64,000 nt of DNA, taken from positions 18,891 to 82,890 of the IMG/VR virus record IMGVR_UViG_3300017989_002952. One strand, 5' to 3'. Source of the DNA: a virus. Taxonomy: Duplodnaviria > Heunggongvirae > Uroviricota > Caudoviricetes. The notes under the pieces are model-generated. The model ran no database searches, was not told the DNA's origin, and worked only from the letters and a program-made list of their open reading frames with translations. The number at the start of each line of letters is the position of its first letter. The stretch's first letter is position 1. This document shows, in pieces, positions 20,033 through 29,769 of the stretch. Both the position numbers and the translations under genes were made by a program.

Positions 20033-23000
20033 TATCCTATATCTCCCATAACAACTTGCGCTGCATAATCAATACCGCCACTTCCAGCAGATCTTCCAGA
20101 CATTCCTCCACCAGCAACATTAGTAGCTGCGGTTCTGTTATTAGAGGCAACTGCATTTACAACATTATTCACGCTTGTGACGACTGCTCCATTTCCTTGA
20201 CCCATTGCGTTTCTTGTTGCTACTCCATCTGCTAGCAACGGGTTAACTCCAGCTCGAGTCCTTGCAATATCCATTCCAGCTTGACGTTTAGCTAAGTCAG
20301 CAGGACTCATAACTGACCTCGCCATTGATTCAGCAACTCCAGGTGGTAGAGGAACAACTGCTTCTCCTGGATGGAGATCAGCATTGACCGCATGTCGAAT
20401 AATACCACCACGTTGTAGACTCTCTTTTAATGCTCCACCCTTTTGAGCATCTTCTGCGGCCGCCATTGCCTTTTCTTCAGTGGAACTGCCCTCTGCCCAT
20501 TTCTTTATATGTTTTCCTACAAATGGGATCTTTGAAAGCATGCCAACGATTTTACCCTTTGCCCATTTAATAATCTTCCAAGTCATTGTATACGGGAATA
20601 GAATAAAACCAACAATACCCTTAATTAGAGCCTTGATTTTACCACCGATCCAGTCCATTGCTTTAGCAATATTTTGACCGCCGATAAATCCAAGAATTCC
20701 GCCAGCAATTGCTCCGATAGCTCCACCAATTGCTGTACCAAATCCTGGAACAATAGAACCAATTCCTGCTCCGATGAGTGCGCCTTTACCAGCACCTTTT
20801 AATGCTCCACCAGCAGTGAAGTTTTCACCTGTTCCGCCAAGAAAACCACCAATACCTGCTCCAGTTTTTGAAGTTCCCCAATCTTTTGCTTTCTTTGTGC
20901 CCTTCCATGCATCTAAAGCGCCCCAAGCAAGACCACCTGCGCCACCAAGAACTCCAGCAGCTCCAAGCATACTCCCACCAGCTAAACCTTTAGCTGCGCC
21001 CCCAATGGCACCAAGACCAGAACCAATTGCTCCTGGTACGCCCTTAATCATAGCAAGGGCACCGCCACCAAGTGTCGTGAGAACTGCACCAAGTGAACCA
21101 ATAATAGGACCAAACATTTTACCGAGGAATTGCAGACCTAATAATAAATATTTGACAAAGTTGTTTCCTAATCGTTTTAAACCTTTTTTCATACCAGTAA
21201 GAAGTTTTGCAATGCCTGGAAATGATTTTGCAATCTTTTTCTGGAATTGTCCAATTGTTGTAAGTCTATCAAGTTGACGCTTCGCAATTGACATGTGTTT
21301 TCTTGTTCTTTCTTTCGCACTTTTTTCAATTTCAACAACTTTGGAAGGAAAGTCAAGAAGTCGTTTCCAACGGCCTGCCCACATTTCTTTTCTAGCTTTA
21401 AGTCTCTCAAATCTAGCCTGCCAGATGTCTTTCCTCATCTGTTTTCTTTCGGCTTTCATTTGTTCTTTTAGTTTTTTCGTTTCGATCTTCATACGAGCAA
21501 TATCAGCTTTCGCTTTTATTCTAGCCGCGATTCGCTCTTTTTTCATTTTTTCTTTTTCTAGTTTTAGTTCAATCTTATTTTTTCTTCTATCTCGCCTTGC
21601 TTGTTGTTTAGCTTTCGCAATTTCTACTCTCAATTTCATTTTCTGGAGTTTGCGTTCAGCTCTTGACTGTGATCTAGCTTTTTGTGCCTCCAGTTTTCTT
21701 TCATAACGTAATTTTTCTTTTTCAATTTTTTCTCTTATTTTTTCAACTTTCGAGCGCAATTTTTCACGTTTTTTAGCCATCTTATCTTGCGCTTTTAAAA
21801 TTCGTTTTTGTCGTCTCTCTTCACGTCTAGCAGACCAACTATGAAGACGTTGATAAAACTTAAGAACTTTACGATGACGTTTATCAGCAGCTTTCGCTTC
21901 GTCAAGAGATTTCTTACGAGCGTCTTCGTGTATCTGTGCAACCTCTTTTGTTGCATTGATACGATCTTTCAACATCTTCTTTTGAAAACTTCTAAATATT
22001 TTATTTTGATCTCGAACAGAACGGAAAGCATTCCATTCTCTGAATCGAGCCATTCGTTTACTAAATTTCAGTTCTAATTTTTCTTTGAATGTCGCCCATC
22101 TTGACTCTCGTTTCTTTTGATCCTCAAAACCTTTTTCACGATTCTTGACCGTTCTTTCTAAGAATAAAAGATCACGCTCATTTGCTTTTTCAAAGAATTT
22201 CTCTGTTCTTTCTCCATGTTTTGCTAATCTCTCTTTAGTTTTTAGATCATACATCTCAATTCGTTGATCCATCTTCTGACGAATCTTTTGATCACGATTA
22301 GCAACACGTTTTTGATACATGTCGTGTTTTAGCTGCAGAGCTTTTTCATAAAACCCCATTATTGAAAGACCAAACTTGGTCTTCTCAGCTAAAGCTTTTG
22401 CAAATGTAAAAGGAGTTTTGGATTTTACTAATTCTTTGGATCCTTTAGCTCTCTCAAAAGCTCCCTCAAATGCAGCAGATGCTCTTTGTTTTGCTCCAGT
22501 TATAGCAGCACGACCGCCACTTACTAATCTTCCAAGAGGATCAAATTCAGCGAAAGCTCCGGCTGCTCTTTGTCCTGCTGCACCAACTCCAGCGGCAGCA
22601 GCTCTAATACCACCGATAGTTGCACTTGCTAACCTTGGAGCCAACTCTTGAATATTTTTACTTAAATCTTGAAAGATCCCTTTAAGTTTTGTGAGAGGTT
22701 CTAGTTTTTGAACTATCTCATGTGTAGAGACGGCAAATGTATGAATAAGTTCAAATACTTTTCTAACCGGTAAAATGAGTTCACCCTTATGTGCAAGAAT
22801 CTGACCAGTCTTTTTGATAAAACCACCAGCTTGAAGTTTTGGAACCAATCTGCTTCCAAGCATATAAGCAGGAAGACCATAATTAAATGCCATCCCACCT
22901 GCTTTTTTCGCCATCCCTCTCGGGTCTCTTCTAAATTCGCCTGGCATCCCGCGCATTGTTTCTGGAAGGTCTCGAACTGATTGTTTTTTACGTTCCCAAG

Positions 23001-24918
23001 CTTCTCTGTCGAACCTGCCGCCTTCACCAACCATACCCATTCCAGTGGTCCAACCACCAGATGCTGCAAATAGAGCAGACTTAACAGCTAATTGTTTTTT
23101 GTCTACTCCTCTCCATCTATGGGCAGTTCTTCTAGCTGCCCCACGACCTTTAACTATAGCATCAAATACCATGGATTGAATGGTATCTTTTATAAGTCCT
23201 GAAAATGCTTCTGTTTTTCTCCTTGCCGCTCCACCAACAGCACTTACTTCAGATCTTACTCCGGTAAGTCCTTCTCGCCACCTTTGTTTTAGAAGATCTG
23301 ATGATACTCCAGCCTTTTTCATGATGTTGGTTGGAGTCATATCAGCGAATGTTGTAATACCAGCACTTTCTAGAGCATCTCGGTCTAGACCCATAAAGCC
23401 AGTATATGCACTAAACAGGGTCTCGCCGAATGATTTTTTCGGTCCGCCAGGTTTTTCTTTTCCTTCAACCCATGCTTTTAACTGTTCAAATTTTGTATAT
23501 GTTTTGTCTTTGGTCGCTTCTTCATATGCTTCGTCAGATAATTGACTCATACTTTTCGCCATGAGATCAAATTTTGGCGACCAGTTAGTATACATTAAAC
23601 CAAGACCACCCACTATATTATGAAAGACATTTTTACTACGTGTTGCTCGCCTCCATTCTCCCATATACCCGCCACGCGCTGTGAACAAGTATCTTAGTGG
23701 AAATGAGATAGCATCATGAAACCCTTTAGTTAATGTTAAAAGGTTACGGAAGGTGGGATGTTGGATAAGAGTTTCCTGCCATGCTAATCTCCAACGGTCA
23801 GTCGTTCCAACTAACTCAGTTTTCAATTCAAGAATAGCACGTAAGAGTCGGTCCTGCCACTTTGTATCAGGGTCTTTAGCTTTCTTGAAAGCGTCTACAA
23901 ATGTTCCGACAAGACCTCTTTGTTCTTTTGGTTTATCCTTCTGTGCTTGAGCAACATATTTTTCTATTTGCGCCATCTCTTGCGACATGACAGTCAAACC
24001 GCCGATGAATGTTCTTGAAAGAGCTGTATCACCACCACTTTCCATTCGCTGATCAATCTCTTTCAAAAGTTCCTCAATAGGCATTACAACTTCACCACGG
24101 TGGACCTTTGCAAGTCCTGTTTTCCTAACTACGCCACCCTCTTGAAGCTTTGGAACTTTCTTTTTCTGTATTTGGCGTGTTCTTAACTCTTCAGCCTTCT
24201 TCCCAGCTCTTCGTACGTTTGCTGCCGTACTGCCCATTGCTACTAATGATTCTTCAGAATAATCAACTTTCGGTCCTCTCCCAAATAAGTATCTGAGGTT
24301 GGACATTTTCTCCCCAAGCTGTCTGAAGATTCCAGTAAACATTGGAGCAATTGCTTTAAAGGCATCACTAAACTTCTGTTTAATCTTATTTGTAAAATCT
24401 CCATATATTTCGGTATCCATAAACTTTCCAACAAAATAACCGAAAAGTGGAGTAGCTTGTGCCATCGCCATTGCGACAGCATTTTGTTTATTGATGCTAA
24501 TATCTTCACTAATCGCTTTTCCATATTGTGATATTGCGTCCTTGGTAACACGCATCGTCTCCGAAGACGTAGACTTCACACCTCTCGCTAGATGATCAAC
24601 AGACTTTGTCATCATCTGTAACATAGAATTTACAGATGATTGGACTTCTTTAACACCTTTCTGATTTGCGACAGTTTTGATGGCTTGATTTTGTTTAGCC
24701 ATCCCGCCTTTAATTGATGTAACGTCTGTGCTAAGCTTACTCAGATTTCTATCCGTCATTGCGGACATTTTAGCAGATTGTCTTTCAACTGCAGCAATCT
24801 TTTGGTTCATTTCAGCGCGCAACTTGGCTACATTAGATGTAACCATATCAATGTGTCGCAAGCGTTCTTTGGCTTCTCGATCAGCCGCTTTTAAGATGTC
24901 ATCATTGTCATTAGCCAT
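20032..24918 (-). CDS. tail tape measure protein
   Basis: 1628 aa. Long Lys/Arg/Glu coiled-coil tracts (REKIEKEKLRYERKLEAQ...). Gly-rich GxxxG-type hydrophobic segment. Sits in the structural module. Confidence 0.65.
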   Translation of the reverse strand: MANDNDDILKAADREAKERLRHIDMVTSNVAKLRAEMNQKIAAVERQSAKMSAMTDRNLSKLSTDVTSIKGGMAKQNQAIKTVANQKGVKEVQSSVNSMLQMMTKSVDHLARGVKSTSSETMRVTKDAISQYGKAISEDISINKQNAVAMAMAQATPLFGYFVGKFMDTEIYGDFTNKIKQKFSDAFKAIAPMFTGIFRQLGEKMSNLRYLFGRGPKVDYSEESLVAMGSTAANVRRAGKKAEELRTRQIQKKKVPKLQEGGVVRKTGLAKVHRGEVVMPIEELLKEIDQRMESGGDTALSRTFIGGLTVMSQEMAQIEKYVAQAQKDKPKEQRGLVGTFVDAFKKAKDPDTKWQDRLLRAILELKTELVGTTDRWRLAWQETLIQHPTFRNLLTLTKGFHDAISFPLRYLFTARGGYMGEWRRATRSKNVFHNIVGGLGLMYTNWSPKFDLMAKSMSQLSDEAYEEATKDKTYTKFEQLKAWVEGKEKPGGPKKSFGETLFSAYTGFMGLDRDALESAGITTFADMTPTNIMKKAGVSSDLLKQRWREGLTGVRSEVSAVGGAARRKTEAFSGLIKDTIQSMVFDAIVKGRGAARRTAHRWRGVDKKQLAVKSALFAASGGWTTGMGMVGEGGRFDREAWERKKQSVRDLPETMRGMPGEFRRDPRGMAKKAGGMAFNYGLPAYMLGSRLVPKLQAGGFIKKTGQILAHKGELILPVRKVFELIHTFAVSTHEIVQKLEPLTKLKGIFQDLSKNIQELAPRLASATIGGIRAAAAGVGAAGQRAAGAFAEFDPLGRLVSGGRAAITGAKQRASAAFEGAFERAKGSKELVKSKTPFTFAKALAEKTKFGLSIMGFYEKALQLKHDMYQKRVANRDQKIRQKMDQRIEMYDLKTKERLAKHGERTEKFFEKANERDLLFLERTVKNREKGFEDQKKRESRWATFKEKLELKFSKRMARFREWNAFRSVRDQNKIFRSFQKKMLKDRINATKEVAQIHEDARKKSLDEAKAADKRHRKVLKFYQRLHSWSARREERRQKRILKAQDKMAKKREKLRSKVEKIREKIEKEKLRYERKLEAQKARSQSRAERKLQKMKLRVEIAKAKQQARRDRRKNKIELKLEKEKMKKERIAARIKAKADIARMKIETKKLKEQMKAERKQMRKDIWQARFERLKARKEMWAGRWKRLLDFPSKVVEIEKSAKERTRKHMSIAKRQLDRLTTIGQFQKKIAKSFPGIAKLLTGMKKGLKRLGNNFVKYLLLGLQFLGKMFGPIIGSLGAVLTTLGGGALAMIKGVPGAIGSGLGAIGGAAKGLAGGSMLGAAGVLGGAGGLAWGALDAWKGTKKAKDWGTSKTGAGIGGFLGGTGENFTAGGALKGAGKGALIGAGIGSIVPGFGTAIGGAIGAIAGGILGFIGGQNIAKAMDWIGGKIKALIKGIVGFILFPYTMTWKIIKWAKGKIVGMLSKIPFVGKHIKKWAEGSSTEEKAMAAAEDAQKGGALKESLQRGGIIRHAVNADLHPGEAVVPLPPGVAESMARSVMSPADLAKRQAGMDIARTRAGVNPLLADGVATRNAMGQGNGAVVTSVNNVVNAVASNNRTAATNVAGGGMSGRSAGSGGIDYAAQVVMGDIG

Positions 24919-24930
24919 ACTAGATTACCT

Positions 24931-25839
24931 CTATGCTAGTTTGGAAAAAGCCTTGACAGTTAATGCGTCAGGCAAAATTTCTGATCTCATTGCAATAACT
25001 TCTGAAGGCAACCCAATTTCTTGAGCATAAAAATTTCTGCCTACGTATTTGTTGTAAACTTGTTGATACCCATAGATCAGAGGTCTAATTGTATGTATAA
25101 ACTGTCTGAGGTTTCTATATAAAACCGCAGGACTTTTGGTGTAAACTTTCCATGTAACAATAAAATCTCGAATCATCCCTTCAAACTGCTTCTCATTTAA
25201 TGTTGTATATTTACTTAGTTTCGTGAGTAACATCTTATGATAATTCGAAAGTGTTGTATTTCTCCATGGTTGGTTATGTTCAACTTTATAAAAGATAAAT
25301 TTAACTATCTCGTCCATTTCCTTTGGTTCTTGTTTTAGAGATAGAAGTTGTGTGAACACAGCCGTATAATATTTCTTCAAATCATTTTTGAATATAGAGA
25401 AAAAAGCTGATGGGTTTTCTGTCGCTAGTTTATGCATTCCTTCATGTGTCACTAATCGAGCAAGATAATCATTACTAGCATAACCCGCTTTAATGTTTGC
25501 ATCAAAACAAAGAACAATTGTTCGGAATCTTGGTGAATAAAATGCTACTGTGCTTGGATGCTTATCAGAAGGATATTGCTTTTTTCTCATAAGCTTGAAG
25601 ATACTTTTATCTCCAAACGCCGGAATAAATCCTTTTGAATCTATTAATTTAGAAAGTGTCGGAACAAGTCTTTTCGCTCTGCTTGTTTTCGACATAGCTT
25701 CTAAGAATTTTTTATTTAATTTATTTGAACCGCGTAGCTCTTCACCATCAACGACTGCTACCACTTTTGTCATAAATGGTATAGGAAGAGCGTAAAATTC
25801 ATTAAGCTCCGGTTTGTTTGTCTTCTTGCTCTTGTTCAT
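24931..25839 (-). CDS. hypothetical protein with HExxH-like motif (VTHEGMHKL)
   Basis: 302 aa, between terminase and TMP. An HEGMH possible Zn-peptidase motif is seen, but the downstream third ligand is unclear. Confidence 0.3.
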   Translation of the reverse strand: MNKSKKTNKPELNEFYALPIPFMTKVVAVVDGEELRGSNKLNKKFLEAMSKTSRAKRLVPTLSKLIDSKGFIPAFGDKSIFKLMRKKQYPSDKHPSTVAFYSPRFRTIVLCFDANIKAGYASNDYLARLVTHEGMHKLATENPSAFFSIFKNDLKKYYTAVFTQLLSLKQEPKEMDEIVKFIFYKVEHNQPWRNTTLSNYHKMLLTKLSKYTTLNEKQFEGMIRDFIVTWKVYTKSPAVLYRNLRQFIHTIRPLIYGYQQVYNKYVGRNFYAQEIGLPSEVIAMRSEILPDALTVKAFSKLA

Positions 25840-27478
25840 CAGCAGAGGCTCCTGTTTGTTGATAAAAACTCATCACGTCGACTATACCGCTTATGTTATG
25901 ATCCTTGACGTGTCGTATGACTTTTGAGCTTGTCATTTCATCAAGATAGGCGTCAGTATTTGTGCTTATAATATCTTTGAATTCACCTTGGATGTTATGG
26001 GTGAAACCCTTATGAATCAATAGAGGCGGATCATACTTTCTAACATATGTGCACAAAGCTGTAGCTACTGCGATATCGTCTCTACAACCAATATCGGCTT
26101 CAACTTTACCATTTGGTTTAGTAATTAATCCTATAAGTTCGAGAGACAGTCTTTGTGATTTAACCACTTCTGGAAATTCAGTTACATATGAATATAAAGA
26201 ATCGATCATTAGAGGTCGAGTTTTAGCATTAGTGCTAAGACCTGGTACTACAGTATTTAATCCTCGTTTTTCTTTGTAAACCATTGGAGCAAATTCTGAA
26301 CGATAAACAGCTTCAACAACATGATTTCCATATGAATTTGATTCAATAATTACTTGACCAGGATATTTTGTGCAAGCCAACATTACAACTTTAATAAAAT
26401 CTGTAACAGCGCATTTAGTTTGGTATTCCCAAACTTGCTCCATTGTTTCGTAATCAAAAACAACAATGGCGGATTTATCATTACCATGTTCAGGTGCTGT
26501 ATCGACTCCAATCAAATAGTAATTCTTATGAACTGGTTCTTGAAATGTCCAAATTTCTCCACCAAAAATATGAAATCTCTCAATAGGTTTTGTAACAACT
26601 TCTTGAAGTCTGGCACTAGTCTCTTCACTAAAGAATGATCCCTCTGTACTAAGAAACTTAAGCTCCATCTCCTGTTCAATTTTTCTTGGATCATTATCAA
26701 ACAAGTCACAAATACCCTGATACCAATGAGGGTCGTCTGCTAATTCTGGAATATCCTTCCAATGAATTACAAATGGTGTTAAAGCTTTACTTTCTCCGGA
26801 CACCGCATCTGAATATTTCTTAAAAAACCAAGCACCTACACCCACTGCTCTGTTCGGTGTAGACAATAAAACAGTCCCATAAGGAACACCAGCTTTTCTG
26901 GCTTGCATTTGGTTTGTGGATAAAGCTGGAATGATGGAAGTCCATGCTGTGTCAATATGATGAATAAAGGCAGCCTCGTCAATGACCAAGAATGTTATGG
27001 ATTTACCTCGAAGGGTTTTTTCTGGAGCGTTTGGTACTACTGGTGATGCATAACATTTAGATCCGTTGTCAAGAATAAAGGTCCTTTCTGTATTCTTTTG
27101 AAATTTTGGTCTTAACCACAATGGAAGTTTTTCAATCATTGAAATGATATCTCTGGTAAAATCGGTAGCTTCTGGAGCATCTTTCGAGATGATTCCAACA
27201 TGCACATTATCATGAAATATTGTAAGCCACACAATAAAAGCTTTCATTACGGTGGATATACCAATCTGACGACTCTTTAGAACCAATACAAATTTATTTG
27301 TGAGAATTAAATCTGTAAGCTCAACTTGTTTTTGGTAAGGAGTAAAGTGTTGATCACCACCTGTTAGTTCAAGAAGGATATATCTCGGTGTAAAATACGC
27401 AAAAGATTTCTTACATTTAAGATATTCTTGTACGTATTTCTCTGCTTGTGTTTTAGCAGATTTAGCTGGTCTACCCAT
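25802..27478 (-). CDS. terminase large subunit
   Basis: Walker A-like KSRQIGIST; Walker B ITFLVIDEAAF; C-terminal RNaseH-like nuclease block LIGVDTAPEHGNDKSAIVV; 558 aa. Confidence 0.75.
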   Translation of the reverse strand: MGRPAKSAKTQAEKYVQEYLKCKKSFAYFTPRYILLELTGGDQHFTPYQKQVELTDLILTNKFVLVLKSRQIGISTVMKAFIVWLTIFHDNVHVGIISKDAPEATDFTRDIISMIEKLPLWLRPKFQKNTERTFILDNGSKCYASPVVPNAPEKTLRGKSITFLVIDEAAFIHHIDTAWTSIIPALSTNQMQARKAGVPYGTVLLSTPNRAVGVGAWFFKKYSDAVSGESKALTPFVIHWKDIPELADDPHWYQGICDLFDNDPRKIEQEMELKFLSTEGSFFSEETSARLQEVVTKPIERFHIFGGEIWTFQEPVHKNYYLIGVDTAPEHGNDKSAIVVFDYETMEQVWEYQTKCAVTDFIKVVMLACTKYPGQVIIESNSYGNHVVEAVYRSEFAPMVYKEKRGLNTVVPGLSTNAKTRPLMIDSLYSYVTEFPEVVKSQRLSLELIGLITKPNGKVEADIGCRDDIAVATALCTYVRKYDPPLLIHKGFTHNIQGEFKDIISTNTDAYLDEMTSSKVIRHVKDHNISGIVDVMSFYQQTGASADEQEQEDKQTGA

Positions 27479-27719
27479 CTGTCCTCCTTTATTAACAACG
27501 TAAAATCGATGGAAGAATCTCCTTTATAGTTTGTTCTAAATAACGTAATGTTTTTGGTTATTTCTAAACAATTATATATATTACTTACTGAGAGGAGTCA
27601 TTGTCTTTTTAATGACTCGCCTACGTATCCTATACTATCTGACTTCAGTCAGTTTTTTCCTTTGATGCATGAAGGAAAAGCAAGAAGGTTCACCCCGAAC
27701 AGGAACCTTCTCCGACTTT

Positions 27720-27846
27720 GAGATACGATCCGTCGTCTAGTCAACGACATGTTCTACTCAAATGATTTTGAGACCCCCCGAAACTGCTGGAAGAAGCCGG
27801 CCCCAAAATTATTTGATTGTTCAAGGATCGTATCTCGGTTCGAACC
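27720..27846. other. GC-elevated structured element in the terminase 5' leader: 12-bp perfect long-range stem (gagatacgatcc 27720-27731 / ggatcgtatctc 27825-27836) followed by GGTTCGAACC palindrome
   Basis: Seen in sequence. An additional 8-bp hairpin gaaggttc/gaaccttc lies at 27684-27710. Confidence 0.4.
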
Positions 27847-27899
27847 TTCGGTTTTGACTAGGGCCGCTGGCTCTAGTCCTAAAAGTTTTTGTATATTTT

Positions 27900-29117
27900 T
27901 TATATAGTTCTGTTGGTTCTAATTAAATAAATTCTTGCGGTTGCCTGCCATTCACCTTCTCTTTGAAATTCTAAATCACTAGATTTGAGAATATATTTTC
28001 CGGACAAATCAACAAATTCAACAGTGCGAGGAACAAATTTGACTGGTTCACCGACTGAGATCAAACTCCATATTGGTAAGTTCTTTTCAATAGTAATAGA
28101 GATTGTTGACAATGATGCTATCTTTTTTGCAATTGCAGATCTAGCAAATGTTTCTGAATATTCATAACCAGTTTGACTAATATAATAAGTCTGCCTATGA
28201 GCGATATTAGTATCAGTAGGAATTTTTTTGTTTTGAGATATTAAACCGTTGTCTGCACAAATGTCGTCAAGAGCTAGTTCAACAGGATAATATAAACTAT
28301 CCTCAGGTTTTGAAATGAATGTCATGTTATTTGCTAATACTGAATAAGCAGCATTTCCCTTATACCAAGTATTAACAACTGTATATGTATAAAATTCTTT
28401 ACCAGATGATGAATCCTCAATAACATCTTCTGCATCCATACCACTTGCTAATTGTGTAACGGTGAAAACTTGACTTCTTTTCATTCTTTCAGATAGATTT
28501 AACACATGAAAGTTATTTTCATAATCACAAAAAGCAACAGGAACACCATCAAATAAACCGAAGGTATCATCTAAATAAGATACTGTTCGATAAAGAGTGG
28601 TAGGCGGAACAACAACCTGTGGAAGAGATTCTGTATTCTCATTAAAGGAGTCCATTTTCAGAGTTGAACCTGCTTTAGAAACTAAATCAGATAAGACATC
28701 TCTTACTGTCACATTCTCATAAACATCATTACCAGTTGTTGTTATTGTTTTAAATGCATCTCGAACAACTGTAGTAATTGTAATAGGTGTTCTATCTTTT
28801 TGTTTTCCTTCGGACATCTGGTCTTTAGCAGACACATCTAAGTTCATTTCAACAACCATCAAGTCCATTTTTATTTGATCAGTTTGAACACCAGTTTGAC
28901 CAAGCAAAATGACATTCAACATACAATGATCTTGACCCCACAACCCTTCTAAAATAACATCATTGACGTCAACAAAAACGTCTAATACAACTACTTGATA
29001 TGGGGCAGTAATTGAGGAAGCAATGCGGACATGATAGAGGTCGGATGTGTAGTCTATTCCTTTGATTGTCAACTCGAAAGAATAACTCCTTGATGGTGCA
29101 AATGGTCTATCAGGCAT
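27900..29117 (-). CDS. hypothetical (virion?) protein (405 aa), first gene of the terminase operon
   Basis: GGGAG RBS. Confidence 0.4.
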   Translation of the reverse strand: MPDRPFAPSRSYSFELTIKGIDYTSDLYHVRIASSITAPYQVVVLDVFVDVNDVILEGLWGQDHCMLNVILLGQTGVQTDQIKMDLMVVEMNLDVSAKDQMSEGKQKDRTPITITTVVRDAFKTITTTGNDVYENVTVRDVLSDLVSKAGSTLKMDSFNENTESLPQVVVPPTTLYRTVSYLDDTFGLFDGVPVAFCDYENNFHVLNLSERMKRSQVFTVTQLASGMDAEDVIEDSSSGKEFYTYTVVNTWYKGNAAYSVLANNMTFISKPEDSLYYPVELALDDICADNGLISQNKKIPTDTNIAHRQTYYISQTGYEYSETFARSAIAKKIASLSTISITIEKNLPIWSLISVGEPVKFVPRTVEFVDLSGKYILKSSDLEFQREGEWQATARIYLIRTNRTI

Positions 29118-29271
29118 TACGTAAACTCCCTTGTCTTTATTTTTTGTTCGGGAAATTTACAACTATATATATAAACTAAGTAATAAATTACTTTTAGAGT
29201 TGGTCCGTAGAAACGACTGTTCTAAATATATTAATAACTAAGAATATAAATTGTTTACAAGGAGGTGTGTC

Positions 29272-29424
29272 ATGGAACTCGAGAAGTGTAAATGTGGACG
29301 CCCTCTATTAGCGATAGATGAAATTGAGTGTGAAGTCTGTGTAGCAAAAGCTAGGAGATATGCTTTTATAATCTTACTCACAGGCGTCGCAGTAACAATT
29401 GTATCCATCGCTTGGGCATTATAA
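29272..29424 (+). CDS. small zinc-ribbon membrane protein (50 aa; CKCG...CEVC + C-terminal TM)
   Basis: Not in the ORF track (<60 aa). Strong AGGAGG RBS 7 nt upstream. Reads MELEKCKCGRPLLAIDEIECEVCVAKARRYAFIILLTGVAVTIVSIAWAL. Confidence 0.45.
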   Translation: MELEKCKCGRPLLAIDEIECEVCVAKARRYAFIILLTGVAVTIVSIAWAL

Positions 29425-29438
29425 GGGGGTGGTATGTA

Positions 29439-29600
29439 ATGGAAGATTCAATATGGTTTCAAATTTGGCTGGTCGTATTTGGATATGCGATACTTGGATT
29501 TTGGATGCCGTTATTTGGATATAACAGTATTAAAGAAAAGATTGGTTTAGATTATGATTACTCATACTTGGATACAGAGGACGATGAAGATACTTCGTAA
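29439..29600 (+). CDS. small membrane protein (53 aa from MEDSIWFQ; ORF track gives 29412)
   Basis: GGGGGTGG RBS. One TM helix and an acidic C-tail. Confidence 0.4.
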   Translation: MEDSIWFQIWLVVFGYAILGFWMPLFGYNSIKEKIGLDYDYSYLDTEDDEDTS

Positions 29601-29724
29601 AGTCAAAATGTGGGTATGTGCAATCGCCTATCTTTTCACATTCATTCCAATGATCCTACATGACCAATACCGCCAAATCTTCGGGACTCGAAAACGAAAG
29701 CGAAGGCTTTCAACAAAAAAATAG
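29584..29724 (+). CDS. small membrane protein (46 aa) with basic C-tail
   Basis: Reads MKILRKVKMWVCAIAYLFTFIPMILHDQYRQIFGTRKRKRRLSTKK. Overlaps the previous gene in the +1 frame. Confidence 0.3.
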   Translation: MKILRKVKMWVCAIAYLFTFIPMILHDQYRQIFGTRKRKRRLSTKK

Positions 29725-29755
29725 GGCGCCCGTAATGGACACCCTATTTTTGTTA
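29714..29755. terminator. bidirectional intrinsic terminator
   Basis: aaaataggg / ccctatttt stem with a 5' A-run and 3' T-run, between the small plus-strand genes and the convergent 29770..30879 minus-strand gene. Confidence 0.5.
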
Positions 29756-29769
29756 GATACTCTTAACGA

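Noticed and set aside
20480-23950. Numerous antisense ORFs (e.g. 20774..21277, 21293..21706, 22376..22651, 23180..23545) inside the tape-measure gene. Similar antisense ORFs lie inside the sheath, terminase, RNAP and SbcC genes.
   Set aside because: They are embedded in long, well-supported genes on the opposite strand and have a low-complexity, repetitive amino-acid composition. They are typical shadow ORFs.
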